From Vicugna vicugna (Eukaryota), in assembly GCA_013265495.1 (NCBI GenBank), contig MU061578.1, positions 2,117,308 to 2,181,307 of the forward strand: a stretch of DNA of 64,000 nucleotides, in the 5' to 3' direction. How positions within the stretch are numbered: position 1 is the first letter of the stretch; each line of letters starts with the position of its first letter. A program made the translations under genes and the position numbers. The notes under the pieces were generated by a model that was not told the DNA's origin, searched no databases, and saw nothing but the letters and a program-made list of their open reading frames with translations. This document shows positions 60,131 to 64,000 of this stretch, piece after piece.

Positions 60131-61732
60131 CAGAAACCCACTGGGTATAATAGCTCCATCTCGCCTTGTGAAATGTTCTGGCTGCTATAGTGACTGGTCT
60201 TTTGTTTACAGCAAAAGAAACTCTGTCCCTTTCCAAAAGCACTGGTTTCTCTCCAAATGGGCCAGAGTATTCTAAGAGGCTCTGCAGCCCCTGGATCTGC
60301 TTTCCTGAGACTCAGGATTGAGATAGGAAGAATACAGGATTCCTCGGCCTAGGATAAAATCTCCTTCTGGATGGAAAAAGGGGTCGGTGGATGCAAGATT
60401 CCACCTACATTTCCTGAAGGCCACTGGGTTCTGCCACCTGCACGGTTTGCACTGCAGGTACTCGGGATAGCAGGACTGTAATATCAATCAACCCCAGCTC
60501 GGTTGCTTTGCTACGAAATAGGAGCAGGTCAATTCATCAAAACTGAGGCCCTCCACTGGGTTTCTATTGCCATTAAACTATCAACAGGAAATCATTAAGG
60601 TGAGGCCAGAAACCAACTGGTAACTGAAAAGAAATGATTTTTTTTTCTTCTTTAAACATCCTCGCCTGCAACCTTCTTTATTTGGCTGTCAGCAGAGCCA
60701 CCATGGGGCTGGGGCTCAGAACTCCGCGTTACTGTGCAGTTGGTGGTGGAGAGAACTCAGGCGGGGGCATCTGCAATCCAACGGCTGCGCCCAGGTTACT
60801 TGGTTCTCTCTCAGCTGGGCAAGCTGCGTGACGGTAAACAGGGGGGGAATGTGTATGCATTTGTGCGATAAAACAGGCTTAATGATTCTGAAGGGGAAAG
60901 AGTCCAGGAGACATACAGGAGCAACTCAGGAACAAAATGGAACCATGCAGGGCCAATTAATGTGCAAATATGTGTGTGCTGAACTTGCATTCCATTCATC
61001 ATGTAGACATGGAAATTGGGCCATTTATCTGCTATATTATGTATGTGACATCTTAGTTTGGTTCTTACAGGCTGCTCGGGGACAAAGGGCCATGTGCTTT
61101 GCGGCTAGCAGAGGGAGTTTAAGATAAATTCTTCAGCTGTCATAAACATCGCTGGGCAGAATTTGGTCAGAAGATAAAGCTCTTTCCTCTGCAGGGTTTT
61201 AACATTTCTCAGTAGTCCATGTGCCATCTTATTAAAACCGTGTGTGGTGCAGGGAGGGGTGGCATATGCCACGAAAAATTATTGGCACAAACAGCTCGCT
61301 GTCATGTTTTCAAAGTCCAGATTTAGCAAACGTTATTCACATATTCACTGTCAACCTGCAGAGAGAAAGGAACTGGGCAAAGCCATTCATTCTCCCTGAT
61401 TCTGTGCGTTTGTAATTTTTCTTGTCTCCTCCACAGGTGGGGTCTGTTCTGCTTAAATGACAACTGTTTGTACTCAGGGAAGAAAAGAAAGTCATTTGAG
61501 GAGGAAAAGGACCTCGCAGAAGCACTTTCCCAGAGCCACCATTATTTACCTAACAGGACATGGCATGAATATGGATCATGCATTAAATAACGGTGATCGC
61601 TTGCTTTGATGAATTGCCATTAGAAATTCAATTAATAAAAGGTTACCTCCCTGCAGTAGTGCAAAAAAATATGATCTGGCTGCAACAATTACAATTTAGC
61701 CTTAGAAACAAGGGTTAGGAGAAACAAAAACT

Positions 61733-61756
61733 TGTGTGTGTGTGTGTGTGTGTGTG
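61733..61756. repeat. (TG)12 microsatellite
   Basis: Directly visible. Confidence 0.97.
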
Positions 61757-61989
61757 CTTTAAACCTCTTTTACTGCAGTAAAAATGAATGGATAAATAAA
61801 TGTGTGAATGAATGGGTAAAGTCAGGCTATTTCTGATCGACAGTTTTGTTTATATGCTAAGAGCTCCTGTACTTCCTTATTCCCTTTTTTCCACTTCTCC
61901 CACCTGATCATCTTTTTTTTTTTCATTGTCCTGTTTTATGCTTTTTGTGTTGTTTCCTTTGTTTTTGCTGCTTTTTTTAAACCAAGTAG

Positions 61990-62545
61990 CTTCATTGTTT
62001 CCCTTAGAATACAAATTATATACTTTAAAGCACACACATCTTGAGTGTAGAGAGCTCTATAAATTTTACATATGATGGTAACCTATGTAACCACAGCTAG
62101 ATTAATGTGGTGCATATTCCCATCTCCTCCAGACTGGCTCTTTCATGCCCCTACCCAGATGTAACCACTACCATTACTTTTATCACCAGAGATTAGGTAC
62201 TGTTTTTTATGTATGTCAATGAAATCATACAGGCTGCATTTTTTAACTCTGAATTTTTTTTAACTCACAATATGTCTCTGAAATTCATACAGGCTGTTTC
62301 ATATACTCATTGATAATTCTTTTTGGTTACTATCTTGTATTCTGTTGCAATTTATTTATTTATTGTCCTGTTCATGGACATTTACTTTGTTCCATTTATT
62401 GGCTATGATAAATAAAGCTTCTGTGAACATTATTGTCTACATCTTTTGGTGGACATAAGCACTCGTCTCTCTTGGGCACAAGGAGGAGTGAAATTGTTAG
62501 ATCATTAAACACTATTTCACCAATGTTTAAAATACTGCCAATTCT
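61990..62545 (-). mobile_element. L1ME/L1MC-like 3' fragment
   Basis: ATGGACATTT...GTGAACATTATTGTCTACATCTTTTGGTGGACATA...AGGAGTGAAATTG. Confidence 0.75.
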
Positions 62546-62862
62546 CCAAAACTCCATTTTTTAATCTGAAAATGGTGGTAACAAATATCCTGCTATGTGT
62601 GATATATGTGAAACTGAAAAGCGGAAACAGGTGGAAAGGTGTTTTATTGTTGATTGTTTACTTTAAATGCCGAATATAGCACAAATGTGAGACAGTGCCT
62701 GGGGGAAAGGCCAATGGAAGATCACAGGGAACAGGCATCGCTCCTTGGTGCTGACCCCAGAGCACTAAGACACAGGCAGGTATGATCTAGAAAGTAGAAT
62801 CAGCCCTTAAGCAGTGGCAAAGTTAACATTTATCAAACACCCACTCTGGGTCGTTTACATGC

Positions 62863-63227
62863 TGTTATGAACTGAATGTTTGTGTCCTCAAAATTCATAT
62901 ACTGAAATTCTAACCCCCTAGGTGGTTATATTAGGAGGCTGGGCTTTTGGAGGTCACCAGGTCATGAGGGTGGAGCCCTCATGAATGGGATTAGCGCCTT
63001 TTATAGGAAAAGACTGTGGAACTTGCTTGTCTTTCTGCTTTCCTGCCATGTGAGGCTATAACCAGAAGGTGGCTATCCACAAACCAGGAAGAGAGTCCTC
63101 ACCAGACACCAGATATTCTGGTACCTTGCTCTTGGACTTCCCAACCCTCAGAACTGTGAGTAACAAATTTCTGTTGTTTGAGTCACCCAGTCTATGCTGT
63201 CTTGTTAGAGCAGCTTCAACTAAGACA
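62863..63227 (+). mobile_element. MLT1A-like solo LTR, full length
   Basis: TGTTATGAACTGAATG...AACTAAGACA termini; TSD CATGC/CATGG. Confidence 0.9.
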
Positions 63228-63244
63228 CATGGCAGTGAATAGCC

Positions 63245-63550
63245 AGCACTTTGTACTCTGCCAGACACAATGACACATCCCAGCTCTGGGGGAAGGTATA
63301 GCCTAGTAGAGCACATTTTTAGCACACATGAGGTCCTGGGTTCAATCTCCAGTACCTCCATGAAAAATAAAATCCCATCTCTATCACTCATTAGCTGATT
63401 GGCTCCAGGAAAGTCACTGAGTCTTTCTGAGCCTCAGTTTATTCTTCTGTAAAATGGGGATTATAACAGCTCGTGTATCCCAAGATTTTTGTGAGGATTT
63501 TATAAGATGATGCATGTGAAACCTTTACATAGTAAATGGTGCTTGATACA
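63245..63550 (+). mobile_element. MIR interrupted by a camelid SINE
   Basis: TGAGCCTCAGTTTATTCTTCTGTAAAATGGGGAT core. Confidence 0.8.
63288..63371 (+). mobile_element. Camelid-type tRNA-derived SINE (short form)
   Basis: GGGGGAAGGTATAGC...GAGGTCCTGGGTTCAATCTCCAGTACCTCCA with B-box; TSD ATCCCAGCTCT (63277-63287) / ATCCCATCTCT (63372-63382). Confidence 0.85.
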
Positions 63551-64000
63551 TGGAACCTGGCAGTCTGTTTAAAGTAAGCCAAAAGACTCAACAACCTCAT
63601 GTAATGTGTACTGCCATTCTCATTCTGAAAATGAGGAAGCTAACTTTGGGTAGACACATGACTGGCTCATGTCATGGGTCACAAGATCATTGGGAAGCAG
63701 GTGATGCTAGGGGCTCCTTACCCCACCGCAACCTTCTGGTTCCTGGCCTCCTTCCCCCTGTTCCTGCAGTGACCTGCCTCACTCGGTATCTAAAGCAACA
63801 GTTCCATTAATACACCACAGTTCCTGGAAAACTTGTGCACACCAAGCCATCCTATCCACGAATGTAGACATTTGCCCTGGAGGTTCCTCTCTTTGCAGTG
63901 GTCTCCCCTTCCATTCTGTAGAACATTGCCAGAATCTGCCCTCCTTATTCCATCTTACACTCCAACAACCATGTGATGGATCCAAAGAAGGTGTAACTAT

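Noticed and set aside
63288..63371. tRNA gene (also 28-100)
   Set aside because: Has B-box-like sequence but no cloverleaf; the A-rich tail and TSD indicate a SINE
1..64000. CRISPR array, operon or other prokaryotic system
   Set aside because: The sequence is mammalian; there is no regularly spaced repeat-spacer array and no gene-dense region

Overview
Mammalian, non-coding genomic DNA with no credible protein-coding exon. All listed ORFs look like chance frames, and many run through decayed repeats. Two tRNA-derived SINEs resembling the camelid vic-1 type, one young L1 3' end, and no Alu, BovB/Bov-tA or PRE-1 suggest a camel/alpaca-like genome (inference). A large part of the window is old interspersed repeats: MIR, L2, L1M, MaLR/ERVL LTRs and hAT MITEs, often nested, some with readable target-site duplications (TSDs). 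Between them lie repeat-free blocks dense in homeodomain, SOX and TCF motifs, as expected of a developmental gene desert or large intron; I cannot name the locus. The most unusual observations are: a 73-nt near-perfect hairpin in unique sequence (20516-20588); a ~300-bp inverted duplication of a MIR/MLT1 composite bracketing an enhancer-like block (50071-52460); an apparent retroposed polyadenylated 3' end inside an L2; an L1 with a possible 3' transduction; and an intact MER41-like solo LTR. Repeat family names come from my recall of consensus sequences and boundaries are approximate. Nothing here proves a new biological system.
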